64,000 nt of DNA from Octopus sinensis (taxonomy: Eukaryota): NCBI RefSeq assembly GCF_006345805.1, contig NC_043021.1, forward strand, positions 19,902,001 to 19,966,000. Reading direction: 5' to 3'. The notes beneath the pieces are model-generated. The model worked only from the letters and a program-made list of their open reading frames with translations, was not told the origin of the DNA and did not search any database. The stretch's first letter is position 1. Each line of letters starts with the position of its first letter. Position numbers and translations under genes: made by a program. Positions 1 to 13,501 of the stretch are shown in pieces.

Positions 1-275
1 TACCATCTCATATAATAGGGTTAAAAGTAATATGTAGTAATGGTATATCAGTGAAGACCGGTGACCTATTGATTAAGGTGTCACATTTACAAATTACAAG
101 ATAGCGGTTTCAATTCCTGAACAAGGTGATACATTATGTTCTTGAGTAAAACACTCAATTTCATTTCGCTCTGCGATTACTTCACCATCAGACACATGGC
201 ATACAGTGTACCTGCACAGGTGTGTGTGTATAAATATATATGTATATATAAGAAGCGAAAATATGTGTGTGTGTA

Positions 276-346
<71 letters not shown>

Positions 347-466
347 TCAAAGGGCAAGACCACTAGGTAGTCGGCCATATGCTAGAAATAGATCACCTAC
401 GATCAAACTACAAAGAAAAGAATGTTCTCTAGAGAAAAATTCAGCAGACACCAGAACAATTAGGCG

Positions 467-533
<67 letters not shown>

Positions 534-1003
534 AGAAGCAAAGATGACCAATTTGTTGTTAATAATAAACAATTATTAACTTCTTAATCTCCCTTTTCTT
601 TTCTTATATATATATATGTATATGTATATGTATGTAAATATATATAAGTATATATAATCTGAAGTCATGCAATATTCCCCTTTCTTCCTGGGGAAACAAA
701 GGATCAGAACGCAGGACCTTGCACCAGTCCTGCTTCTTCTCAGTTCAAACAATGTGAACTCCAAAATCAGACCAACTTTGTGCAAGCATGCAGAGAAAAC
801 ATGCTCTTCTAAATGGAAACCTTCCCTATCATTGTGGCTTTGTGGGATGAAGCAAAGCAGGCCTTGCCGTCCACTCAAGGAAACACATAGTGATTGATCC
901 ACAAGTACTGAGTCCTCAACTTGTTCCATTAGCCAAAAGGTTTGCAAAGCGCCAACAGACCTCAAGAGACACATTCATGTCCGTAGAACATCATCATCAT
1001 CAT

Positions 1004-1735
1004 CATTTAACGTCCGCTTTCCATGCTAGCATGAGTTGGACGATTTGACTGAGGTCTGGCGAACCAGACTCCAATCTGATCTGGCAGAGTTTCTACAGCT
1101 GGATGCCCTTCCTAATGCCAACCACTCTGAGAGTGTAGCGGGTGCTTTTATGTGCCACCAGCACAAGGGCTAGTTTGGTGGTACTAGCAACGGCCACACA
1201 CAAATGGTGCTTTTTACGTAGTCACCTGCACAGGAGTCAGTCCAGCGGCACCTGGCGACGACCTCGCTCGAATGTTTATTTTATTGACCTTTCATTTGTT
1301 GTTGACAATGACAGAGTCCATCGTCATCATATATGTATACGTATGATATCGAAGGTGCATGGCTCAGCATCATCTAACGTCCGCTTTCCATGCTAGCATG
1401 GGTTGGACGATTTGACTGAGGTCTGGCAAACCAGACTCCAATCTGGTCTGGCAGAGTTTCTACAGCTGGATGCCCTTCCTAATGCCAACCACTCTGAGAG
1501 TGTAGCGGGTGCTTTTATGTGCCACCAGCACAAGGGCCAGATTGGTGGTACTAGCAATGGCCACACACAAATGGTGCTTTTTACGTGGTCACCTGCACAG
1601 GAGCCAGTCCAGCGGCACTGACGACGACCTCGCTCGAATGTTTATTTTATTGACCTTTCATTTGTTGCTCACAATGACAGAGTCCACCGTCATCATATAT
1701 GTATACGTATGATATCAAAGGTGCATGGCTCAGTG
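1004..1735. repeat. 367-bp tandem dimer containing a (GAT)n-tailed SINE 3' part (minus strand) plus flank
   Basis: The sequence at 1142 repeats at 1509. Both units carry TTAACGTCCGCTTTCCATGCTAGCATG and the same unique flank. Confidence 0.9.
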
Positions 1736-2326
1736 GTTAGGGCATTGCGCTTGCAATTTCAAGACTGCATTGTCGATTCTTGGGCCAGGTGGTGAATTGT
1801 GCTCTTATTGCATCTTGTGCACCTGTACAGGTAGTGTCGATACGATGGAGAGAGAGTGAGTTGATAAACAACACAAGCAATTGATCGTTATAAACAAAAG
1901 CATTTGTGCATACAGGTTGTTCAGCAAGAAAGTGTGGAGCCCTTTTCTATCATTTACTCTCTCATACACACACACACACACACATATATATTTCGGGGGC
2001 TGTTAGCTTAATGGTACAGAGTGCTCAGCTGGTTTCAGAAAGGTACAGAGTTCGATTCTCCATAGCAATCTGCTGACAACCTTGTATTCAAGATGACGCC
2101 CCCCCCCCCGTTTGGCCACATTCTAATGGCTGAAACAAGATATATATTTATACACACACACACACATACACACACACACACACACACACATACAAACACA
2201 CACACGCACACACACATACAAACACACACACGCACACACAAACGTGTCAAACGTATTGCTTATTAATTCACATTGTTTTGTAATAAGCCTGCATTAATCT
2301 CGTAGCTTTGAGATTTCGATGATGTG

Positions 2327-2744
2327 ATTGTTTATTTTCAGAATGACATTGTAGGGTAGGTGTGAGGGGCTGGATCTGGCCAGTTTGAACATAAACCACG
2401 TTGACTATCTGGGCAGGATATGGTCAGTTTCAATGCTAAGGGGGTTAAAAATCCAACCTTGTTACATTGTATCACAATGATTCCACCTAAGAATTGCATT
2501 AAGGGTACAATTTTATTTTAAGGGTACAACTATTTTTTTAAGGGTACAACTATTTAAGGGTACAACTTTATTTTCAGAATGACATTGTAGGGTAGGTGTG
2601 ATGGGCTGGATCTGACTAGTTTGAACATAGACCACGTTGACTATCTGGGCAGGATACGGTCAGTTTCAATGCTAAGGAGGTTAAAAATCCAACCTTGTTA
2701 CATTGTATCACAATGATTCCACCTAAGAGTTGCATTAAGGGTAC
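2327..2744. repeat. About 238-bp tandem dimer including a TTAA-CCC-type MITE end and a SINE body
   Basis: TTATTTTCAGAATGACATTGTAGGG...CATTAAGGGTACA occurs twice, separated by short TAAGGGTACAAC reiterations. Confidence 0.8.
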
Positions 2745-3394
2745 AGCATGCCTGTGGAATACTCAGCCAGCTACACCCTTGTTGAATGAGCAGATGAGTC
2801 ATGAAGCAACTGGATACTCTTCATCGATGCTGAGATCCATTTACTGCGGAGTAACAAACCCTAACTCCTCCCTCATTGTTATTGTTGACTCCCCGTACTC
2901 CCTAAGTAGAGGCTCCTTGCCCTTTTCGGTGGGCACCTTTCTCTCATTTCTGTTTGTCACTGCTACCACCACCATTATCACTACTACCACTATCACCACT
3001 ACTACCACTTCTACTCCCACTACCACCACTTCCACTACTACTATTGTTACTATTGGTATATTAACAATACTGTCACCTATGCTACTACTCCCACCACTGT
3101 TATTACTATCACCATCTTCCAATGCTGTCGTCACTACTGCTGCTGCTACTACTACTTCTACTACTGCTACTACTACCTCAAACCTCAGCCACTACTATTA
3201 CCACTGCTACAACTATTACCTCAACCACTACTGCTGCCACTCATATCACCACCACCACCCATACCACCACTACTGCTATTGCTGGTGTTTTACCTTTTTC
3301 ACTGTTTCATATGCTGGAACACAATCTCTCAGACTCCACCCCCTTATCTGATGCATTTCTCATTGACTGTGTCTCTTCTTGATACAGCACAAAT

Positions 3395-3990
3395 CCCTCA
3401 CTGACTCCGCCCCTTATCTGACATATCCCTGTAGACTCCACCTCTTCTTCACCTGATACATCCCTCAGTAACTCTGCCTCTTTACTGATCTAACACACAT
3501 CTCTTAATGATTCTGCCCCTTCTTTAACCACCCATACATCCCTCACTAACTCCGCCCTTATCTGACATATCCCCCGTAGACTCCACCTCTTCTTCACCTG
3601 ATACATCCCTCAGTAACTCTGCCTCTTTACTGATTTAACACACATCTCTTAATGATTCTGCCCCTTCTTTAACCACCCATACATCCCTCACTAACTCCGC
3701 CCCTTATCTGACATATCCCCCGTAGACTCCACCTCTTCTTCACCTGATACATCCCTCAGTAACTCTGCCTCTTTACTGATTTAACACACATCTCTTAATG
3801 ATTCTGCCCCTTCTTTAACCACCCATACATCCCTCACTAACTCCGCCCCTTATCTGACATATCCCCCGTAGACTCCACCTCTTCTTCACCTGATACATCC
3901 CTCAGTAACTCTGCCTCTGTACTGATCTAACCACCCATACCTCTACCATACATCCCTCACTGACTCCACCTCTTATCTGACACATCTCTT
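3395..3990. repeat. C-rich minisatellite, unit about 145 bp, about 4 copies
   Basis: CCCTCACT(G/A)ACTCCGCC starts at 3395, 3540, 3685 and 3831. Confidence 0.92.
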
Positions 3991-4978
3991 ATTGACTTCA
4001 CCCCTTATCCAACCTTTTCTTTACCATATTTCTTATGAAAATAAACCAGCAATTTGGTGGGAGAGAGATAGTTAGTAAAATAACTAACTTCTCTGTTATC
4101 AATTTGGGGTTAGGGGACATACCGTAATGTTCTTCCATAAAAACAATAATGGAGGGTTTAAACTGAAATAAGAACAATTTCAAATTAAGAGATAAACAGG
4201 CAGGTTGGTAGCAAAAAGGGGGTTAAACAGTTGCTGCAACTCTGTGCTTTTCTTCAAAATCTCTTCCAAAATTCTGTTGGCCTTGTAATTTCAACAACAT
4301 CACCAGACACACAAAAACAAAAATCTATGACAACAAGGGCTCAAAAAGCATCCATTGCTCATTATTTTCATGAATTCTATTTCAAGTAATTCTTTAGTGC
4401 CTGCCCCCATAACCTTCAAAGTGCACACAATTGAGGGTTTTTTTTTTTTTATATTTTAATGTTGTCTATATGTAAAAATGTGTGGTCTAGTAATTGGGGT
4501 GTCACACTCACAGTGGCAATATCATGGATTCAATTCCCAGACTGGTGATACATTGTGTTCTTGAGCAAAATACTTCGTTCCACATTGTTTGGGTTCACTC
4601 AATGGGTGACCCAGCCCATCTTTCGTTCAGGAGGAGTGTTGACCTGCTAAGCAGAGCAGCACTGTTCAAAAGTTACAAAGCGAGGGAATGCATTGTCACC
4701 AGCATTGTATAACCACATCTGATAGTCTGATCATTTACATAGTATATCTAGGGAGTTGTCAATTTGGCAAAGTCCACCAAATCTCCAAGCTGTCTCCTGA
4801 CTGATTTCAGCAGTTTCCAAACCAGTATCGGCACAGTCCATTACTTTCTAAATCAGAATCCAGAATTCTCCAGTTTAAAACTCAAAACAAAATTTAAAAT
4901 TTTTATTTCAATTTAATAGGCTTCACTCATACTTCCACCATACTGAGATCTACCTCCTATCTGACACTTTTCTAATTG

Positions 4979-6290
4979 ACTCCACCCCTTTCTTATCTAC
5001 CCATAAATCCACTACACATTCCTCTTAACTCCACCCCTTTCTTATCCACCCATAAATCCACTACACATCCCTCACTAACTCCACCTCTTATTTGGCACAT
5101 CTCTTAACTCCACCCCTTTCTTATCCATCCATAAATCCACTACACATCCCTCACTAACTCCACCTCTTATCTGGCACATCTCTTAACTCCACCCCTTTAT
5201 TATCCACCCATAAATCCACTACACATCCCTCACTAACTCCACCTCTTATCTGGCACATCTCTTAACTCCACCCCTTTCTTATCCACCCATAAATCCACTA
5301 CACATCCCTCACTAACTCCACCTCTTATCTGGCACATCTCTTAACTCCACCCCTTTCTTATCCATCCATAAATCCACTACACATCCCTCACTAACTCCAC
5401 CTCTTATCTGGCACATCTCTTAACTCCACCCCTTTCTTATCCACCCATAAATCCACTACACATCCCTCACTAACTCCACCTCTTATCTGGCACATCTCTT
5501 AACTCCACCCCTTTCTTATCCACCCATAAATCCACTACACATCCCTCACTAACTCCTCCTCTTATCTGGCACATCTCTTAACTCCACCCCTTTCTTATCC
5601 ACCCATAAATCCACTACACATCCCTCACTAACTCCACCTCTTATCTGGCACATCTCTTAACTCCACCCCTTTCTTATCCACCCATAAATCCACTACACAT
5701 CCCTCACTAACTTCACCTCTTATCTGGCACATCTCTTAACTCCACCCCTTTCTTATCCACCCATAAATCCACTACACATCCCTCACTAACTCCACCTCTT
5801 ATCTGGCACATCTCTTAACTCCACCCCTTTCTTATCCATCCATAAATCCACTACACATCCCTCACTAACTCCACCTCTTATCTGGCACATCTCTTAACTC
5901 CACCCCTTTCTTATCCACCCATAAATCCACTACACATCCCTCACTAACTCCACCTCTTATCTGGCACATCTCTTAACTCCACCCCTTTCTTATCCACCCA
6001 TAAATCCACTACACATCCCTCACTAACTCCTCCTCTTATCTGGCACATCTCTTAACTCCACCCCTTTCTTATCCACCCATAAATCCACTACACATCCCTC
6101 ACTAACTCCACCTCTTATCTGGCACATCTCTTAACTCCACCCCTTTCTTATCCACCCATAAATCTACTACACATCCCTCACTAACTCTACCTTTTATTTG
6201 ACACATCTCTTATTGACTCTGCCTCTTTCTTATCCACCCATACCTCCACGCATTCCTCACTAATTCCATCTCTTACCCAACATAACCCCT
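4979..6290. repeat. C-rich minisatellite, 79-bp unit, about 16 copies
   Basis: Unit ACTCCACCCCTTTCTTATCCACCCATAAATCCACTACACATCCCTCACTAACTCCACCTCTTATCTGGCACATCTCTTA, starting at 5028, 5107, 5186 ... 6134. Confidence 0.97.
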
Positions 6291-7349
6291 ATTGATTCCA
6301 CCCCAATCTGACCCTTTCTTTATCATATTTCTTATGAAAATAACCAACCTCCAAGCCAGCCTTACTGATTCCAGCAGTCCAAGTCAGTATTGGCACACTC
6401 CATCACTTTCTAAATCCGATTCCGAAATTCTCCAGTTTTAAAGCCCAGAACAAAATTCAATTCAACTTCTTAATCATGTTTACAGGAAGTGAACTATGTT
6501 GCTTTCTGGTAGTTTAAAAACTGATGTTAGAATGAGGCCAATCTGACTCACACACAAAAAAAAAAAAAAAAGATGTGCCAAGACATATAAGGGGATATAT
6601 TTTCTCTGGGGTATGCAGCCCTGTTGCTCTCTCACCCCTTTCATCTTCTGCTGCTTAATCCCTCCCTCCCTACTTTTCTTTTTTTGTTTTTTTTTCTCTT
6701 TCTTTGACACACTTGTAGAATTTTTTAAATATTTTCATTACAAGTGACAACTTTTTTGTTTAATTAACCCTTTCACTACAAAATTAAATTTCATGACAAT
6801 TCCAGGACGATGATAAATAATTCCACCAAAGAAAAAAAAAAAAAAGAATAGAATAGAATTGCTATTTTCTGCCAGTCACATTGCCTCAATAAACTTGACA
6901 TTTATCAACAAAAAATAGTTTCAAACTTGACAAAAGATAGATTGGTGTATAAAATTTTCAGTAATTAAGACTAATGAATTTCTGTAGTAAAAAAGTTAAT
7001 GAATGATTGCAACAATAATGAAGGTGATTACATTAACGAAGTTGATTATGACGTTGGTGACATTCCTTATTCTCTTTATGTCGTTAATTAACTAATTGGA
7101 TCCCTTTCATAGTGAAATTAAATTTCCATGGTCAATTCAGTAATGATGTTAAAATATCTACCAAAAAATATAGAATTGGTATTTTCTGCAAGTACTGTTT
7201 CAATAAACTCGACATACCTCAATAGAAAATGGTTTCAAACATGACATTATCAACAAAAGATAGATTTTTTCATAAAATTGCATTCTGCCATTAAGTTAGA
7301 AAATTACTATTTTTAAATCAGCAACAGTACTTTGTAGTAAAGTTTGATT

Positions 7350-7575
7350 GGCAGTCCTGATTTAGGACGAATGTTGCTATAATTTAGCCCCCAGAGACAT
7401 CACCTCCAGCTGGCTATATGATACAATCTGTGTCCTTATATTTCCAAACAAGAAGTGAGGGTTCTAGATTCCCTTGTTTGAAAATATAAGGACACAGATT
7501 GTGTTATATAGCCAGCTAGTGACAATGTCTCCTGGGGCTAAATTACAGCAACATTCGTCCTAAACCAGGACTGCC
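7350..7575. mobile_element. MITE-like palindromic element (226 bp)
   Basis: Inverted arms of about 100 bp, GGCAGTCCTGATTTAGGACGAATGTTG... / ...CAACATTCGTCCTAAACCAGGACTGCC, around a short spacer. Confidence 0.8.
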
Positions 7576-7701
7576 ATATTATGTTGGCAAACAATCTTTA
7601 CTACTGTTGTTAAGTGTAATGAAATTTTCTGTGGATATATCTGATTTCTGCAATTAAAGGTAATGACATTTTGAATAGCTGTATCTGATTTCTGCAGTAA
7701 A

Positions 7702-7862
7702 AGGCGCAGGAGTGGCTGTGTGGTAAGTAGCTTGCTAACCAGCCACATGGTTCCGGGTTCAGTCCCACTGCGTGGCGTCTTGGGCAAGTGTCTTCTGCTA
7801 TAGCCCGGGCTGACCAATGCCTTGTGAGTGGATTTGGTAGACCGAAACTGAAAGAAGCCTAT

Positions 7863-7899
<37 letters not shown>

Positions 7900-8125
7900 A
7901 TGTGTGTGTACACGTTTGTGTGTCTGTGTTTGTCCCCCCAACATCGCTTGACAACCGATGCTGGTGTGTTTACATCCCCGTAACTTAACGGTTCAGCAAA
8001 AGAGGCGGATAGAATATGTATTAGGCTTACAAAGAATAAGTCCTGGGGTCGATTTGCTTGATCAAATGCGGTGCTCCAGCATAGCCACAGTCAAATGACT
8101 GAAACAATTAAAAGAATAAATGAAT
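7702..8125 (+). mobile_element. tRNA-derived SINE with CORE-like segment and internal (TG)n
   Basis: Head AGGCGCAGGAGTGGCTGTGTGGTAAG (A box), GGTTCAGTCCC (B-box-like), TTGGGCAAGTGTCTT and an A-rich tail. Other copies at about 12118-12511 (+), 60650-60790 (-) and 61400-61660 (-). Confidence 0.85.
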
Positions 8126-8396
8126 AAACACAGCAAAGGGGGTGCCCCAGCATGGCCACAGTCCAATGACCGAAACAAAAATAAGAAATAAAAATCACTA
8201 GTGCATTTTAATGCTGTGCTTACTTGAGGCTGACCAGTGGCTAATTGAGTGGACGGCAGCAGCATAAGGAAAAGCACTTTGCCCAATGAACTGCCAGGAC
8301 TGGAGATCAACCCTTCAACATTCTGATCAATAACCCAGTCATCTGACCTCAAGGCCATGCAACATCTTATTATATTGATATATATATATATTGATG

Positions 8397-8813
8397 TAAG
8401 GCGGCGAGCTGGCAGAGACGTTAGCACGCCGGGCGAAGTGCTTCACAGTATTTCGCCCATCGCTACGTTTTGAGTTCAAATTCCGCCGAGGTCGACTTTG
8501 CCTTTCATCCTTTCGGGGGTCGATAAATTAAGTACCAGTTACGCACTGGGGCCAATGTAATCGACTTAATCCGTTTGTCTGTCCTTGTTTGTCCCCTCTG
8601 TGTTTAGCCCCTTGTGGGTAATAAAGAAATAGGTATTTCGCCCGTCGCTACGTTTTGAGTTCAAATTCCGCCGAGGTCGACTTTGCCTTTCATCCTTTCG
8701 GGGTCGATAAATTAAGTACCAGTTACACACTGGGGCCAATGTAATCGACTTAATACCTATGTCTGTCCTTGTTTGTCCCCTCTATGTTTAGCCCCTTGTG
8801 GGTAATAAAGAAA
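8397..8813 (+). mobile_element. tRNA-derived SINE 'family B' (Meta-domain-like core) with duplicated body
   Basis: A box GCTGGCAGAGACGTTAG, B box GAGTTCAAATTCC, core GGTCGACTTTGCCTTTCATCCTTTCGGGGTCGATAAATTAAGTACCAG and end CCCCTTGTGGGTAATAAAGAAA. More than 15 copies occur in the window. Confidence 0.85.
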
Positions 8814-9312
8814 CATATATATATATTGATATATGTACATATGTATGTTTGTAAGTATATGCAAATTGAAAACAGATATTCAAAATGTTACCAGCAAACA
8901 GTACCGAAAACCAATTTATTCTTTTTGACTGTTGATAATTTATTCTAATATTTTTTTTTTTTTTCATTTTCTCTTGATAGTTTTTTATTTTCCATTTTTC
9001 AATATCATATTGTAACAGAATGAATTTATAATCTGTTTTTATTTTTTGACGCGATGGTTTTCAACACACTTTGTTTCATCTGTCTCTCTCTCTCTCTCAT
9101 CATCATCGTTTAATGTTCGTTTTCCATGCTAGCATGGGTTGGACGATTTGACTGAGTTCAATTCCAGGCAGTGTGTTGTGTTCTTGAGCAAGACTCTTTA
9201 TTTCACATTGCTCCAGTCCACTCAGCTGGCAAAAATGTGTAGTACCTGTATTTCAAAGGGCCGGCCTTATTACATTCTGTGTCATGCTGAATTTCCCTCA
9301 GAACTATATTAA

Positions 9313-9533
9313 CCCTTTCGTTACTGTATTTATTTTGAGATGCTCTGTATTTCTTTTAATTATTTTAAATATAATAAAGAATTTAGTAAAATAACTTAGC
9401 TATCATTAAGCTAGTGTTAGGAACATAAATTGTGACTAAGGTTTGGTGGCAGATTTTAATTCAAAACTTATGAAAACAAGACATTTGTACTACAGAGCCA
9501 GAGCTGGTTTCAGCCGGGTTGGTATCAAAAGAG
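9313..9533. mobile_element. piggyBac-type non-autonomous MITE inserted in a SINE
   Basis: TTAA on both sides (9309-9312, 9534-9537) and termini CCCTTTCGTTAC / GTATCAAAAGAG. The same family occurs at 54527-54746 and 54778-54993. Confidence 0.8.
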
Positions 9534-9670
9534 TTAAGGGTACACATGTCTATGGAGGGCTCAGCCACCTGTAATTTCACAAGCTAGCCATTCTTTTGAT
9601 CTGATCAACTGGAACCTTTGTCATCATAACTGAAGGAGTGCCAGTTATATATATATGTGGGTGTGTATAT

Positions 9671-10005
9671 CGCATGGCTCAGTGGTTAGAGCGTTGAGCT
9701 TACGATCGTGAGGTTGTGAGCTCGAATCCCTGACCGGGCTGCGTGTTGTGTTCTTGAGCAAGGCACTTTATTTCACGTTGCTCCAGTTCACTCAGCTGTA
9801 GAAATGAGTTGCGACGTCACTGGTGCCAAGCTGTATCAACCTTTGTCTTTCCCTTGGACAACATCAGTGATGGGGAGAGGGGAGGCTGGTATGCATGGGC
9901 GACTGCTGGTCTTCCATAAACAACCTTGCCCGGACTTGTGTCTAGGAGGGTAACTTTCTAGGTGCAATCCCATGGTCATTCATGACCGAAGGGGGTCATT
10001 ACCCC

Positions 10006-10008
<3 letters not shown>
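9671..10008 (+). mobile_element. tRNA-derived SINE 'family C'
   Basis: Head GCATGGCTCAGTGGTTAGAGCG...GAGCTCGAATCCC followed by TGTTCTTGAGCAAGGCACTT. The 3' part also occurs on the minus strand at about 59760-59980. Confidence 0.8.
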
Positions 10009-10046
<38 letters not shown>

Positions 10047-10595
10047 TAAATTAGAGATAAAACCACTATTAGGCAAATCAAACAGTGAAAATCATAAGCC
10101 AATACATAGAAATAAAATTAATTAATAAAATATATAAAAAATATAAAATATAAAATTCCAAATTAAAATTAAAATATTTAAATTAAAGTTAAGATTTTTA
10201 AAATTATTTAAATTAATAATTTAAACTTATAAATTTTAAATATATATATTTTATTATTATTTTATTTATTTATTTATTTTTTTAATTATATAACTATCAA
10301 AAAGTATTAAAAGTTTAATATAATATATATAGAGAGATAGAGAATGAGAGAGAGAGTGAAAGAGAGAGAGAGAGAAAGGCAGTTATGGCCTGTTCATGGG
10401 GTTACCCAAGATTCACATCCATAAAGCATTTACCAGCCATTAGGGTCTGATGAGGCGTATGTAAAGCTAAGCATTTTGTGGACACAACACCCTGGGTAAC
10501 CCTATGAACCACCCATAACTATCTTTCTCTAAATAACCCTACTGTTTTATAACTTAGAGTGTACTTCTCTCTCGAATTTATGATTTACTGATAGC

Positions 10596-10626
<31 letters not shown>

Positions 10627-10981
10627 ATTATATATACATACATATATATATATATATAATATATATATATATATGTAGGTATGGATGTATGTAAAAGCAC
10701 AAGTTTATATCATTTGTTCCCTGCGTATGTTTCACCTTTGTGGCTATTTAGATGTTCCACTGCAATGGACGTGGCAAGCATAATTGGATATTGACCCACA
10801 ACAGATCATCAAAGGGGAACACTTTGTTGCATTATGTTACAGAAATCAATTGTCTAAACTCAACAGTAGAAAGAACGTGGTAAATAATAGAGAGAGCTAG
10901 ATCGATGGTGACCCAATAGAGAGTAGGAAATTTGTAGATCAAAAAGTTGACTTATATGTGTGTGTGTGTGTTTATGTGTAT

Positions 10982-11065
<84 letters not shown>

Positions 11066-11213
11066 TATATCATCACCATCCTCATCATTGATGTCGTTTA
11101 ACATCTGCTTTCCATGCTGGCAGGAGTTGGACAGAGGACTGAGGACTAGCAAGCCAGAAGACTGTACCAGGCTCCAGTCTGATTTGCCAAGGTTTCTACA
11201 GCTGGATGCCCTT

Positions 11214-11261
<48 letters not shown>

Positions 11262-11375
11262 ACACACACACACACACACACACACCCACACACACACACA
11301 CACACACACCACATATATATATATATATATATATATATACATGTGTGTATATACATATCTATATCTATCTATCTA

Positions 11376-11456
<81 letters not shown>

Positions 11457-12849
11457 TCATCATCATTGTTTAACGTCCATTCTCCATGCTAGCATGGGTT
11501 GGACGGTTCGACCGGGGATCTGGGAACCCAGAAGGCTGCACCAGGCTCATATATATATATATATATATACATACATATACATACATATGCATTATAATTA
11601 TAATTAAAAAGGTAAACCCCCAAAATGATTTATGGTGGTCTGTGTTAGGCAATTTTTTTTTTATGGGAAAAAAATATAAGTTTTATTTTTTTAAGTTCGT
11701 TGAGAGAAGAATTTTCTGATATTTCTGATATTTTGATAGATGAAGGACACACGCAAAAAAAAAAAAAAAAGAATTTACTTTTTCTCTCTCTGATGAAGGG
11801 CTCAGTCTGAAATTTCCGGAAATTATTCTCTGAACAAGATACTACTATGAACTTAGTAAATTTTATATGCATATACATATATAATAATAATGATAATAGT
11901 AGGGAATATAATTCCAAAGTTACAGGGAAAAATTCAATTTAGCAATTCCAAATCAAATTTCACAATATATAATGTATGTATATAATTTAGAGAAAAACCT
12001 CTATTAAGCAATTCAATAGTGAAAGATGTTATTCCCTCCATATAGAAAAAATAAATATGCTGTAAAAACCTTATTCTAAAAATCAATAAAATACATAAAC
12101 AATAAATAGTAAATAGTAGGAGTGGCTGTGTGGTAAGTAGCTTGCTAACCAACCACATGGTTCCGGGTTCAGTCCCACTGTGTGGCATCTTGGGCAAGTG
12201 TCTTCTGCTATAGCCCCGGGCCGATCAATGCCTTGTGAGTGGATTTGGTAGACGGAAACTGAAAGAAGCCTGTCGTATATATGTATATATATATTTGTAT
12301 GTGTGTGTTTGTGTGTCTGTGTTTGTCCCCCTAGCATTGCTTGACAACCGATGCTGGTGTATTTATGTCCCTGTTACTTAGTGGTTTGGCAAAAGAGACC
12401 GATAGAATAAGTACTGGGCTTACAAAGAATAAGACCCGGGGTCGATTTGCTCGACTAAAGGCGGTGCTCCAGCATGGCCGCAGTCAAATGACTGAAACAA
12501 GTATAAGAGTAGTAAATAGACTACGCGTGTTTCGTGGCTATATTTTCAAATAGATAATAATAATAAAATCAATTCAATTCAAAATCAAATCGTTCTAAAA
12601 TTAATTCTACTTAAAAATATGGTCACTCATAATTAAATATATAAAGTGAGGCACAGTAACATGCAATACACAACCAGAATTGAACTCAGTAGTGGACACC
12701 ACAATCCACTCCAGTATCCAATATAATACAGTGCGGCAAAACCAAACTCTGCTTAGGGTAGTGTGACGAAACACGTGTATGTCCTCTAAAGCTTTGACTA
12801 CAACACCAGTTTTCTGTTCATTATTTCATACATATATATATATGTGATT

Positions 12850-13050
12850 AAAAATGTGACCGCGTGTGTACCGTTGGCGATTTTTTTCCTCCGTGTTCCC
12901 TTCCTTGGATCTTTCCTTTCTGACGAAGAGCTCCACTTGAAACGTTAAATCCTCCTTTCTTGCCTTTCCTGAGCGTCCAATAACACTATACTCATTCCAC
13001 GTCCTCGCGTTGTGTTTTCTTTTTGTGTTTTCATGTTTGGATTAACTTTA
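12850..13050 (+). mobile_element. Short TA-flanked element with hammerhead-like motif (Penelope-type terminal repeat), copy 1
   Basis: Closely similar to 14897-15118. Contains CTGACGAAGAGCTCCACTTGAAACGTTAAA at 12920. Confidence 0.6.
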
Positions 13051-13309
13051 TATATATACATATACATACGTACACACTTACAAAGAATAAGTCCTGGGGT
13101 CGATTTGCTCGACTAAAGGCAGTGCTCCAGCATGGCCGCAGTCAAATGACTGAAACAAGTAAAAAAAGAGTATGCCAGGCGAAATGCTTAGCAGTATTTC
13201 CTCTGCCATTACGTTCTTAGTTCAGTTCAAATTCCACTGATTAAACACATAAATTTGAAACAAGGTGGAAAAAAAGAGTGCTCAAATACCAGAAGTAGAG
13301 TAATATGTT

Positions 13310-13470
13310 TTATTTAAAAGCAGCAGAAAATATAACAAAAGCTGTTACTCAGAGTTTCATGTTCCTGTTTGTTGGACAGTTTTGTTAAAAAAAAAAAAAT
13401 GGCCAGCAAACGGGAATATGAAACTCTGAGTAACAGCTTTTGTTAGATTTTCTGCTGCTTTTAAATAAAG
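13310..13470. mobile_element. Fold-back element, arms about 65 bp
   Basis: TTATTTAAAAGCAGCAGAAAAT...GTTTGTTGG is the inverse of CCAGCAAACGGGAATATGAAAC...CTTTTAAATAA. Confidence 0.75.

Positions 13471-13501
<31 letters not shown>

Noticed and set aside
1994-2075. tRNA-like sequence GGGGCTGTTAGCTTAATGG...GTTCGATTC
   Set aside because: It has A and B boxes, but the acceptor and anticodon stems do not pair. It is better read as a decayed SINE head, and the same applies to the other SINE heads.
2695-3351. 218-aa Thr-rich ORF, the longest in the window
   Set aside because: It runs through SINE sequence and (ACT/ACC)n low-complexity DNA, starts at a non-ATG codon, and has no recognisable domain or splice context.
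6769-7295. Old, diverged direct repeat of about 200 bp (6769-6970 vs 7102-7295)
   Set aside because: It is real but an ordinary decayed local duplication, with no coding or structural signal.
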